Source: Lytechinus pictus
Lineage: Eukaryota
Length of the DNA stretch: 64,000 nt
Reading direction: 5' to 3'
NCBI RefSeq assembly: GCF_037042905.1
Contig: NC_087252.1
Location: 7,566,001 to 7,630,000, forward strand
In this document: piece by piece, positions 25,936 to 38,154 of the stretch
Numbering within the stretch: position 1 is the first letter of the stretch
Layout: every line of letters begins with the position of its first letter
Notes under the pieces: generated by a model
What the model was told of the DNA's origin: nothing
The model's database searches: none
What the model saw: the letters and a program-made list of their open reading frames with translations, nothing else
Position numbers and translations under genes: made by a program

Positions 25936-26534
25936 AGGAGAATGAAACTCTTGGAGCAAGTTAGCTTTTGTGAAAGCAGAAAAATCTATGAATAAGATCA
26001 ACAAAACTTTGAGTAAAATAGGACTAGCAATAAAAGAGTTGAGCATTTGAATGTCGAGATCACGAATGCTATGGAGATCATCCCGTTGGCAATGCGACCA
26101 CGATCTGTGATGTCACACACGTACAACTCTCCCATTCGGACACTGAAAATATACCCCAAAACATCTCTTTATGGAATTATGCTCATTCTAATCATATGAC
26201 AAACGATTCATCAATGATATAATGTTGTGAAACCTCTGTACTTGTCATCTCATAAAGAAAACACCTAACCTGGCCTTGTGATAGACTCTATAAAAGTGAG
26301 AATATAAGTGAAATAAGTACTAAAGTAATGAGGGAGTTGTACGTGTGTGATATCACAGATCTTGGTCGCGCCGCATTGCCGATGGGAGGATCTACATGGC
26401 ACTAGTGATCTCAATATTCAAATGCTCATAACTTTCTTATTATTCATTCAATCTTCCTCAAACTTTCAACAATATGTTTCTTTGATTTTTCTCTTTGATA
26501 TGGATTCAGCTAGTTTCAAGGGTTTCATTCTCCT
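25936..26534. mobile_element. TTAA-flanked non-autonomous DNA transposon (Kolobok-like) with internal inverted repeat
   Basis: TIRs AGGAGAATGAAACTCTTG / CAAGGGTTTCATTCTCCT with TTAA on both sides. Internal inverted repeat 26044-26136 vs 26327-26427. Confidence 0.8.
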
Positions 26535-26796
26535 TTAAGAAGTTAAGTACATAAACATATGGCCATGGAGTCCCCTGTACAGATCGCACGCACTAGAACT
26601 TCGGTCTCTGTATTTGGTGAGTGAAGCCAACGGAGTTCAGCTGAACAACCAACATAACAGAGACCGAAGCTTTTGGTCTAGATCCGCCCCTGCCGGTGTG
26701 GACCATGACATGACCAGCTACCAGGCCAGTCCCGATCTCAAGACGAGACAGTCAGGCAAATACGCCCGGCCCAGCCGGCAGCCCCCGTCCCACCAT

Positions 26797-27240
26797 ACCA
26801 GCGCATCCACGGCCACGACTGCCCAGGCGGTGTACCAGCCGAGCCAGGGCGTGAGCCACACGTCCGTGACTGTGAGTCTGATCTGGACTGTGGCGTAGCT
26901 TCACACGGGAATGCGAGCAACAAACGCGCAGAACCGCAGTCTTGATCTCTATAATTCTCAGTTCTGAGGGCATTTTTACTCTATTAGGTAGAAAATACGG
27001 CGCTAGAAAATCAAATATATAAAACATATAAAACATATAAAGAGGTATACCTCGTTCAGAATGATTGATTCACGCAAAAAATACGGATTTATAACGCCGG
27101 ATCTTCAGGTTACCGTAAAAAGTGACCGTGACGTGATATATGACCTTGATTCCATATGGTATTCTCGAAGACGCAAAAAAAAAAATATATAAAAACTAGC
27201 GGATCAGAGCGGCCTGAGCTGAGGTTCATTTCTTACGTAC
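26797..27240 (-). promoter_or_regulatory. Putative promoter / non-coding first exon of PRDM-like copy 2 (donor at 27051/27050)
   Basis: Homologous to 15370-15710. Minus-strand donor GAACGAG|GTATA at the equivalent position. Confidence 0.55.
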
Positions 27241-27265
27241 CTCAAATAATATTCATAACAATATA

Positions 27266-27473
27266 CCGAGGTTGTTTTACCTGACTGCTAAGAAAGTACG
27301 AATGCCTGTGAGCAAGCAACCAGGGGACCAACGGCTTAAGGTCCTCTCCGAGGGACCTGGTAATGAGGATAAATGCCTTACCAAAGGGCACTAGCGCACC
27401 ACTTGGGAATCGAACCCGGGTCACCGGAATCCGAAACCCCCGGCCGCTCTACCGACTGAGCTATCGCGCCTCC
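27266..27473 (-). mobile_element. tRNA-derived SINE family B
   Basis: Minus strand GGAGGCGCGATAGCTCAGTCGGTAGAGCG...GGTTCGATTCCC, followed by a GTGCCCTTTGGTAAGGCATTT body. Near-identical copy at 32121-32341. Confidence 0.85.
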
Positions 27474-27776
27474 AAAGTTGTTTGGGAGAAAACAGAACAT
27501 TCCCTAGTTTTACCATGTACCTACCCCAACAGAGAATGAAAAAGATATCGTCTTAAAAACTTCTATCTCTGCGCCTCTCACCTTCCCCCATCCCACTAGC
27601 TCCACTTTTTCTCCGACCCAACTCATGCAGCTCTCTCGATCACTTTTCTACTTCTTTAATTTTCTTCCCCTCTTCCTCTTCTTCCACTCCTTATTCCCTC
27701 TCCCTTCTCCCATAATTCTCCAAACCTTTTATTGCTCACGGTATCATGGCTTTATGTGCGACCTACATGATTTTAA

Positions 27777-28522
27777 ACTACTACTACTACTACTAGTCTA
27801 CTACTACTACTACTACTCCTACTGCTGCTACTACTAGTACTACTACTACTACTTCTGCTACTACTAGTACAACTGCATACTACTACTGCTGCTGCTACTA
27901 CTATTACTACTCCTACTGCTGCTACTATTACTACTCCTCCTACTGCTGCTACTACTACTACTACTACTACCACAACTACATAACACTACTACTACTACTA
28001 CTGCTGCTGCTACTACTACTACTATTACTACTCCTACTGCTGCTACTACTAGTACTACTACTACTACTGCTGCTACTACTAGTACAACTGCATACTACTA
28101 CTGCTGCTGCTACTACTATTACTACTCCTACTGCTGCTACTATTACTACTCCTCCTACTGCTGCTACTACTACTACTACTACTACCACAACTACATAACA
28201 CTACTACTACTACTACTGCTGCTGCTACTACTACTACTATTACTACTCCTACTGCTGCTACTACTAGTACTACTACTACTACTGCTGCTACTACTAGTAC
28301 AACTGCATACTACTACTGCTGCTGCTACTACTATTACTACTCCTACTGCTGCTACTACTACTACTATTACTACTCTCCTACTGCTGCTACTACTACTACT
28401 ACTACTACTACAACTACATAACACTACTACTACTACTACTGCTGCTGCTACTACTACTACTACTACTACTACTATTACTACTCCTACTGCTGCTACTACT
28501 ATTACTACTCCTCCTACTGCTG

Positions 28523-28586
<64 letters not shown>

Positions 28587-28829
28587 AACTACATAACACT
28601 ACTACTACTACTACTACTACTACTGCTGCTGCTACTACTACTACTACTACTATTACTACTCCTACTGCTGCTACTACTAGTACTACTACTACTACTGCTG
28701 CTACTACTAGTACAACTGCATACTACTACTGCTGCTGCTACTACTATTACTTCTCCTACTGCTGCTACTACTACTACTATTACTACTCCTCCTACTGCTG
28801 CTACTACTACTACTACTACTACTACACTA

Positions 28830-28893
<64 letters not shown>

Positions 28894-28950
28894 ACTACTA
28901 CTACTACTACTATACTACTACTACTACTACTACTACTACTGCTGCTGCTG

Positions 28951-28981
<31 letters not shown>

Positions 28982-29020
28982 AACACTACTACTACTACTA
29001 CTACTATACTACTACTACTA

Positions 29021-29056
<36 letters not shown>

Positions 29057-29072
29057 AACACTACTACTACTA

Positions 29073-29127
<55 letters not shown>

Positions 29128-29141
29128 GCTATACTACTACT
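27777..29141. repeat. Compound (CTA)n/(CTG)n microsatellite with ~200-bp higher-order units
   Basis: Mostly CTA triplets, with the landmarks caactacataacac and gtacaactgcatac recurring at roughly 175-225 bp intervals. Confidence 0.95.
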
Positions 29142-29479
29142 TCTGCAAAGTGAAACACATTACACATAATGTACATAGGACAAAGACAAATTGATATTTT
29201 TATTTCTGGCATAGATATAATAAATATATTTTAATAACACTTGTAAATTGACTATTTTATCTGTTTCATCCAAATAAAACTGGGGTATATTCCACTTGTG
29301 TGTTCCAGGTTGGGGGGGGGGGGATGGCAAGATTGCCCCTTTAGATAATTGGCCATGTGTGAGATCACTTGATCGTGGCAAATATTGTATGATGGTAGAA
29401 AATGAAATGATCTTATATAATCTACAAAGTTGCATAGCTAAATTGCACTGTAAAGCCATTTGATATTACCGGTATCTTA

Positions 29480-30319
29480 AACAAGTGGAACGCCTCTGGC
29501 ACTGGCATTCTCGCCTGCATTACGCGATTCAATATAGAAACAGTGCTGACTTTGAAAACCATTATTTAATTATTCACAAAAGAAAACACTCATATGATAA
29601 TAAAATACTATGTCCACTGACCCAACGGCATGTGACCTAAGACGTGTGCAAAACATAGACCTACTTGTCTATGTTTCATGAAATATATGTGTGATCCATA
29701 AACTTTCCAAGTTATGATGCCAATTCAACAAATACCCCCAACATGGCCAAAGTTCATTGGCCTTTAATGACCCTTGATCTTGGTCATGTGACCTGAAACG
29801 CACACAGGATATTACAGGATACATGGTTACTCTTATGTCCAAGTTTCATGAAATAGATCCATAAACTTTTAAAGTTATGACAATTCCACAAATACACCAA
29901 ACATTATCAAAGTTTGTTGACCCTAAATGACCTTTGTCTTTGATCATGTGACCTGAAACTTGCACAGGATGTTCAGGGATACTTAATTGCTCTCATGTCT
30001 AAGTTAATTTTGTAAACTAGTTTCATAAATGTTCAAAGTTATGATGACAATTCCATAAATACCCCCAAAATGGTCAAAGTTCGTTGACCCTAAGTGACCT
30101 TTGAACTTAGGTCATGTGGCCTGAAACTCAGGCAAGATTTTCAGTAATACTTGATTACCCTTATGTCCAAGTTTCATAATCTAGGTCTATATGCTTTCTA
30201 AGTTATGATGACATTAAAAAAACTTCACCTTGGTTAAGATTTCAATGTTGACGATGCTGCCGTCGTCATTGGAAAAGCGGCGCCTAGAGTCTCGCTCTGT
30301 TATGCAGGCGAGACAAAAA
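29480..30319 (+). mobile_element. Helentron-associated (HINE/DINE/pearl-like) element with internal tandem repeats
   Basis: Starts AACAAG. The 5' tctcgcctgcat is complementary to the 3' atgcaggcgaga. About 4 internal units of ~165 bp (tgacctt..ggtcatgtgacctgaaac). 3' hairpin GTCTCGC..GCGAGAC followed by AAAAA. Confidence 0.7.
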
Positions 30320-31129
30320 TGAATAACCATCTATAGATGAATTTTGGCTTGATACACATCTGTATTGGATTTGTTTAAAATCACTTTATGAGTAATTTGG
30401 GGTTCTTATGATGCGTTAATTCAGAACCGTGTAGACAACCAATCACAAATAATTGTGCAATACCACAACACCGGCTTTTCAGGTTACAAATTAATCATAC
30501 AAAACATTGAAGGGGGGGTAATAAGAATAGCCATATACATACTGTATAAGACTGAATACTTCATGCCAAATATGTATAATTCTTTCTACATTACAAAACC
30601 CTACATTTGGCAAATTAATGTCACCTTATTCACAACATGGAAAAAATCCAAACATTTTGCTTTTTAGGCTACCATACAACATAATATATAGAGGTAATTC
30701 AATTTTTGAAGAATACCACAATCATACTCACAAACAGAATATTAAATATTTTTCTATGACATGGAATGCAATATATATCGCCTCACATGATCAACTATAC
30801 ACAGCAGATGTTCTATGAATGATATCAATTATTACATATAATTTGGGAAAATTTGTCAGCGAAGTGATTATATTTTAGTATAGCAACTATAAGGTATAAA
30901 TAAAAATTGTAGATTTTTAACAGTAATATGGATGTATTGAAAAGAAAGGCCAGTTCTTTATCTTGACTGACCAGACAATAAAATAGCATTTTGTCATACT
31001 GCATTCTTTTAAAGACTCAGACTGGAGCTTTTAAGTGAAATTGACAATGTGAAACATACAAGTTATATTAAAGTCTCACGCATATTCACCACTTGACAGT
31101 CGAGTATTTTTCTTTGATTAAAAAACCCT

Positions 31130-32080
31130 GAAATTAACAGGGTTTGAAAAAAGGCTTTCAGGCGCTTTTCATCCTCCTCATAACCATGACGTAATGTAGT
31201 GATAGAAGTGTTGTGATTCCATATGTTTGCACACAGAAAAACAGTGATTTTTCTGCTTTTCAGATTAAGAATTCAATTTTGAAATAACATTGATATCAAA
31301 AGAAATCATTCATAGGGAAACTATATAAGTTACAAGCTCTGCTTTTCATAGTATCTCATCTTGATATATCTGTCTTTAATCTGGATTTTTTCTTCAAATA
31401 TTACAATTGCTTTATAATATTGAATTATTGTAATGTACTCTATTATCATTAATGTTCCGTTCTTTCTTATTGGAAGATATATTGCTTTATATTTTGTGAG
31501 ATATGAAAATAAACCAAACTGAACTGTAATGATTTTTTTTTCAAATTTGCAGAAAACGTCACTGGCAATTTACTCAATGGTCAAATGGATGGAATCCTAC
31601 AATTCCTCACTAGGTTTTTGTGATAATTTATTTGTTTGGCACTTATTGGGCCTCAATTGCTATGTCCGGAAAAGTTGTTACACATAATCTGAATGCAGAT
31701 AGCATGGACCTTGCCACGGAGGATCATTCTATTGTTACTGGAGGTGCTGAGCATTGTCACAGCACCCCCAGTAACAATAGATAATCCGTCGTGGCCAGGT
31801 CCATGAGAGATAGAATTTTAAAGCTGTGCCAAAATAATTAAAAGGGAAATAAAATATAGCGAAAAAGTTTCTTGTCCAAAGCAGTAGATTTCATCAATTC
31901 AAGCTTCCAGGTAAAGATACTAATGATGGCTCTATGTGATACAAGTAAAGAAATAAAATGTGTAATCTTAAAAGCAGGAAAAATCACTCTGGTTTTCTGT
32001 GTACAAGCCTATGGAATCACAATGCTTCTATTGACGTCATGGTTTTGAGGCCGGTCAGAGGCCCAAGAAAGCCTATTTTC
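31130..32080. mobile_element. Degenerate inverted-repeat element
   Basis: 31150-31265 is inverted relative to 31960-32075 (ccatgacgt..atagaag..ttgtgattccata..cacagaaaa..agtgattttt). Confidence 0.5.
31703..31805. mobile_element. ~100-bp hairpin MITE
   Basis: Arms catggacct.gccacg..ggat.a.tctattgttactgg.ggtgctg. Flanks gcagatag / agagatag form an imperfect 8-bp TSD. Confidence 0.7.
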
Positions 32081-32120
32081 GAAGCTTGATAATTTGAGCT
32101 ATTCTTTAACAAAATACTAT

Positions 32121-32341
32121 ATGTTATGTTATGTTATATCGAGGTTTTTTACCTGACTGCTAAGAAAGCACGAAAGCCTGTGAGCAAGCAACCAGGGGAC
32201 CGACAGCTTAAGGTCCTCTCCGAGGGGCCTGGTAATGAGGATAAATGCCTTACCAAAGGGCACTAGCGCACCACTTGGGAATCGAACCCGGGTCACCGGA
32301 ATCCGAAATCCCCGCTCTACCGACTGAGCTATCGCGCCTCC
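32121..32341 (-). mobile_element. tRNA-derived SINE family B with (AACAT)n tail
   Basis: Near-identical to 27266-27473. A/B boxes on the minus strand. Confidence 0.85.
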
Positions 32342-32648
32342 TTCTTACCGTATGCAACTTAGAATTTAATTATGACAGAAGTGAAAGTCATTCCAAATCC
32401 CTTTGTCAAACACCCCAGGATCATTTCTATAAACTCAACAATACTGAAACGTTATTGTTACATCATGTACTACATTAGAACTTATAAGAATATTGCAATG
32501 TCACCATCTATGTTTACTACAGAAGTCTATGGAAATAAACCAAAATGAAATATGGAAAATATTGTTCACTCATTTTGAATTCAGGAGAGCTTGCAATGAA
32601 TACCCGTTTGATATGCAGGACAATGCCTTCCAGAAATATTAATTAATG

Positions 32649-35600
32649 TTACGCATCTGCATCCCCCTGCATTTTATGCTTGATCATGTGATGGGTATAG
32701 TGATTATTGAGAGAAAATTTCTTGCCACAAACTTCACAACAGAACCTCTTTTCTTTGGTGTGGATTATTTGCATGTGTGTGTCTAGTGAAGTCCTTGCTG
32801 TGAAACCTTTCCCGCATTCAAGGCACACAAATGGCCTAATGCCCTTGTGCCTTCGCTCATGCTTTACAAGGTTTCCTTTATCGGCAAACCCTTTGTTGCA
32901 GACCGAGCAGAAAAATCGTAGAGGCCGTTCCTGATGCATGCGTCGCTTGTGCGCGTGGAAGTGACTTTTCACTCGAAATCCACGGCTGCAGATCTCACAC
33001 TTGAACGGCTTTAGTCCTGTGTGTTCACCTTGGTGGTTGTTCAGAGCTTTTTCGGAGCCAAAGCTTTTTGGACATAGCGTGCATTGATAGAATCCCTTTT
33101 GCTCATGGCTAATCAGGTGGTTCTTCAGTCGATGCTCGCTGGTAAAAACCTTAGGACAATGTATGCACTTGTACGTTCCTTCATTGGTGTGGTTCTCCTT
33201 TTCATGGTCCCTGGCGCTGAAACAGGAGGTATATCTCTTTGGACAGAAACGGCACTTGTATGGGCGTTTCTTCTGGTAGTAGGTGGTTGTTTTACCAAGC
33301 ATGTCCTTTGCTTCTTGGGTTGCTGCTTGTGATGGTTCTGTCTCATCTGGCGATGTCTCATTTGATTCAGGTTGCCCTGATTTAAAAGCTTGGTGTGTCT
33401 GCTCGTGTTCCAAACATTTACTCTTTCTCGTGAACAACTCAAGGCAAAACTGACATCTAAAACCATGGGCCTCTCTCATGTGCTTATCGAGTGAAGTTTC
33501 TGCTTTGAACTGTCGGGCGCATTTCTTACATTTGTATAATTTGGGCTCATGAGTCGTCAAATGTCTTGCCAAGGCCTGTGTATTTCCCTGTCCTTTGCCA
33601 CAAACAGGGCATGCGTGTTCTTGGTTGTACTCGTGAAACAACTTATGGGCCATAAGTCTACCTCGGGTAGGAAAAACCTTCCCACATGTTTCACACGTAA
33701 ACACTTGCTCATCCTGGTTGCTTTCACTCTTGGTAGTGGAATGCAGTTTGGTGGTAATCTCTGTCTTTGTAGAATTATTTGATTTCCTTTTCTTTCTCCA
33801 TGAGAGCATAGGAATCATTTCATTAGATTGACTTCCGGGTTTGCTGCTATGGGTGTGTTCACATTTGATATGTCTCAGGATCACTTTAGGGGATGCAAAT
33901 AGATGTTCACACTGGCTGCAATGAAACTTCTCAGCATCTAAAACAAAATGTAAAATATCAAAACTGCAATTGAATATGGCATTGTAGCTTTGGACTGTGG
34001 AGTTCCTCAAGGTCAAGTCTTAGGTCCTACTTTTCTTTATCCAAATACCACAAGAAAAGAATTCAATATTCTGTCAGTTTGAATAAAAACCTGCTGACAG
34101 ACATATTGAAAGTCAACATTGAGTGTGGTTTATAACTTGGTAAATATATATGTTAATATTAGAATAATAAGTCATATCACTGATCATAAGCCACACTCTT
34201 TTTCTCAAGGGCACTATATTGATAATTGTTCCCAAAAATATGCATTTCATATACATTTCAGGAATTCAGATAAATGAACATATTAGAACAATCAATTACA
34301 CTTGTACATTTTCTGATAGTACGTAAAAAAAAACCGCAGGAAATAAAAAAGGAAACTACTTTATCATAATTACCTTTATCAAAGTGAAGATCACTCAATC
34401 TGTTGGGAAATCCTACACGATTCATGTAGTCCTCACTGTAGAATACTTTAAGTTCGCCACCAGGTTCAATGACCTTTGTACTTCTGTAGAAGATTTCCCC
34501 GTAGATTTGATAAGCTTCCAGGTTCTGTTCCTCCTTGTAAATTGCACATCTTACGAGAGACATCCAGGTCTTGCTTCCATCAACGTAGAAACACACTTTA
34601 CCCGAGAGAAAGACCTGGACAAACGAGAAATTTAGAATGCTTGATTTTAGAACAAGTTAATCACTAGCACTTTTCTAGGTGACTTCAGAATCTGGGAAAT
34701 GTGTCATTATGTGTGTGATCTCACCACTGAATTAAAGATTATTTCATGACTAGAATAATGGATATCATGTTATAGGCTTGTTCAGTGAACTCATTAACAA
34801 AACAATGTTGAGTAAATATAGCCATGCCCCCTCTCCCCATGGGGCTATCAGGGTTAATTTTGCTTGAAATAAAGATTTATTCATATTAAAGTCCCTACTG
34901 TTCTAAATTCACAAGACTGTTCCCGAGGTGTTACTACAATACAGTGGGGGCAAATTAACCCAAGGCCACACAAGGTAAGGGTCTCCCATGCCCTTCCAAA
35001 TATTTGTACACTTAAGGCCAAAATACGAGTCCCTTTTTCCCGAGGCCTTAATGACCTGTGGTAATCCAGTGCATGTGTCCCATTGAAAAAGTACATATAC
35101 ATTCATTATTGATGCCCTTTTTAAAGAGCCTTAGATGCTCCTCAAGTCAGCACCGCCTTCCCTTTAAGTGTCCTATTAAAAAATGGCCTTGCCCCTTTGC
35201 ATTCCTAATATGAGCTCTGCAGCCTACAAAGTTAGTCTGTCCACCCTTCATCTATTGTACAACCTACCTCCCAAGTTGTATCTTTCATCCCACCAACATC
35301 CTCTTCCAGCAACGTTCCTCTATAAGGTCCAAACTCCACCCCTTGCTCAATCCTCTCCATGGCAACCACACCTTCCACTTTACCCTGCGATGTCTTGCGG
35401 AGCGATAGACCCCGAGGAAGATCCGAACTCGATGAGGGCGCCCTACTCTTTTTCAGATTGAGTGCGACCAAGACCGGAGGGTCGGCAGGAGACAAGCTTG
35501 GAGCTGAAGGTCTGGCCTTGGGTGGATGTGTGGGTGGTTGATACTGTGTTTGGTGTTCTTTACTCGGAGTATGCTTAGGAGTGTGTGAAGCAATATCAGG

Positions 35601-37695
35601 CTTACCTGAAGAATAATACAAATGAAATTCAATACTTTAATACTAATCACATCCCTGAAATAAGTTTGAACCCCAAAAAGGCTGGGGGCTGATTCAGCCA
35701 CCACTCGACATTATTTTATGCAATAAATCTGTAACACGAAAGGCTGGCACCATACCATGAATTTTTTTTTCTTTCAAATCTTGTGAAACATTTGAGACCA
35801 AATTTGCACCCCCCGGGTTGTGGTTCCAAAATTATGCAACATTTCATACATGTAAGTGTACGTAAGACCCGAAATTGCTTTTCCTCGGGCCGTAGGTCTC
35901 GAGAGAGAGGAGATCTTTCCTTCTATGTGAATGGTTTTAGCCACATCCTCAAACATTATTGCATAGTTGTATACCATAGTAATGCTATTCAATGTCAGCT
36001 AATCAAAATCAATGATTTCATAAAAGATACCATTGGTTGGCATAGTTAATATGATAGTAATTTTAATGCGATGGGGCCCAGGATTGTAATCAGGGACTCA
36101 GTTTTATAATTATGAGGGGAGCAATAAAAAGCTCTCCTAAAACTTTTAAGGGGAGCATTAGGTGAGCACTACAAAAAGCTCTTCTTTGACATACAAGGGG
36201 AGCTCTCTTGTCCCATTTCAAAATGGATGGAGGAATGTACACTAAATAAAGTTACAACCCACAACCAAAGGAGACAAACAATCAGATACAGATCTGATCT
36301 ATGCAATATTTATCTCATTGAACTTTTCAATGTCATTCTTGCAAGTGTGTTTAATTGCTTACAATATAATTGTGTGTTATTTACAAAACCTTGACAGCGA
36401 ATGAAGTTTTCAAGGATGGCTGGAACAGTTTGATCATTGACTGACACTCTTGTTAAGCAATTGCTGAGGCGAGTGATAAATCGCTCTACCAAAAATGGAT
36501 TAAGGAGAGCGGTAGCGAGTGATCACTCTCACTCTCCTTAAAACTGAGTCCCTGTTGTAATGGGACTTCAAATGGAATGCCTGAAATTCTGTTTTCCCCG
36601 ACATGTCTGAGCATGCACCAATCTATACACAGTTCTGCAACATACAAAGACAGCTTTCCCTGTCGATTGAAGTGGTTGTTATGGACAAGTTGCGATATTA
36701 GTTCTGATTATTTTACCTGGCAATTGGGTTGTGTTGCCTGCTGGAGCATGTTCCTGAGTTGTCAATGGCAAGATTTCACTTTCAACAACAGCTTCTGGAG
36801 GGGTGACGGATGCGACGTAGCCTGAAGAAAAGCCAGAGGATTTGATCCCATCATCTCCAAGCTGGAACGGAACTGACTGACTGGCCTGGTGAACTGTACT
36901 TGAACTTGCAGGCACAGGGGCAGAATCTTTTGATAAAGATGGGCATTAAATTCAAGATTTGGTAAGGATTACAAAATTATTTTTCAACAGAATCCAACAA
37001 AATGACCACTTGGGTGTTTGTATGTTAACATCTCATTTACCACATGATTCTGCTAGTAATTAGTGCAGTATGCAAGACATTCTGCCAGTAAGGTGGTACA
37101 TTCCAAGTAAAATGTCTTCAGCCTCTTCAGCATGACCGCATTTCAGCCTAGAATATCTTATTGACAATGTTTTATAAAAGTATATTATGCACCAAATTAC
37201 CGGTAGTACATCAGGGATCTGTTTCATCAAGACTTGTTATGATAACAAATGCACATTACCTATAATAAGTTTACTATCAGCAATTCATATTGTTAATGCA
37301 AATTTCTAACAAGGGCCACAGTATTGACCTAAAACCTTTCTGAAAATACCCCTGATCAATATGTCTTGATAAAGTGAAACTATTGGCCTCCAGCCAAAAA
37401 CAAAACACAGATAAATACATTTAAATTGATCTTGGCAGATATGGGTTATACATTTACCTTGATAACTTGAGCGCAATGTCGGAGGACGCGGATGTACAGG
37501 GAATGCTCGCATTGGGTGTTCTAGCGCAAAGTCAAGCTGGTGTTGTGAAGGTGTGTGGTATGATAAAGGTAGTTCCATGGGATAGGGTGCACAATGTTGC
37601 CGGTGTTGTTGTGATTGCTGCTGCTGCTGTTGATGCCTACTTTGATGTTGGTCTCGTTCAGAGCAATAGTAGCCAGGGGGATAGTTGGGTTCCAT
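32649..37695 (-). CDS. PR/SET-domain C2H2 zinc-finger protein (PRDM-like), tandem copy 3, ~771 aa, 5 coding exons
   Basis: Inferred exons 37695-37458, 36926-36717, 35605-35268, 34614-34374 and 33937-32649. 2316 nt in frame. PR motifs GVEFGPYRG, TWMSLVRCAIYKEEQNLEAYQ and IFYRSTKVIEPGGELKVFY. 12 C2H2 fingers. Confidence 0.9.
36091..36554. mobile_element. Non-autonomous DNA transposon with 7-bp TSD (P-like)
   Basis: Perfect TIRs CAGGGACTCAGTTTTA / TAAAACTGAGTCCCTG. TSD TTGTAAT on both sides. Confidence 0.85.
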
Positions 37696-38154
37696 GACTC
37701 AAACTGATGTTTTAGGAGCAACCAATAAAGAAAAATATTGAAACAAGACAGAATAATCATTTAATGACACACATTTTCTCAGAGACACTCCATGGATAGT
37801 TTCAAATGTGGTGCTGAGTGCTGGTTGGTGGAGTTCCGAAAGGTTATATTTTACGTCAGCACATTGCAAACCTTGAAATGAGGCTGGTGCTGACTGCTGG
37901 GACAAACATCAATCTTCTTCTGGCGAGCTACAAATAACATACATGGCACATGTATGAGTATATTTAGGCATACATTTATTAGCTACATAAATCTCAAAAA
38001 TTGATCAAGCCAAAATAGAGATAAATACCTTGATTGCAATGTCATCTGACTGACACATTCAGACCATTTGCTAGTAGGTCCATGTTCAAACTGAGTGTTG
38101 TTGTTGATTAAATGATAATGAAGATGGTAATGGTAGTGATGATGATGAATGATG

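Noticed and set aside
27390..27473. tRNA genes at 27390-27473, 32265-32341, 21686-21760, 19020-19090 and 53414-53490
   Set aside because: Each has A/B boxes but runs into a shared non-tRNA body, usually with a simple-repeat tail, and lacks a clean acceptor stem. They are SINE heads.
27773..28599. Poly-Ser/Val ORFs in the ORF track
   Set aside because: Translations of the (CTA)n microsatellite, with no splice context or other coding evidence.
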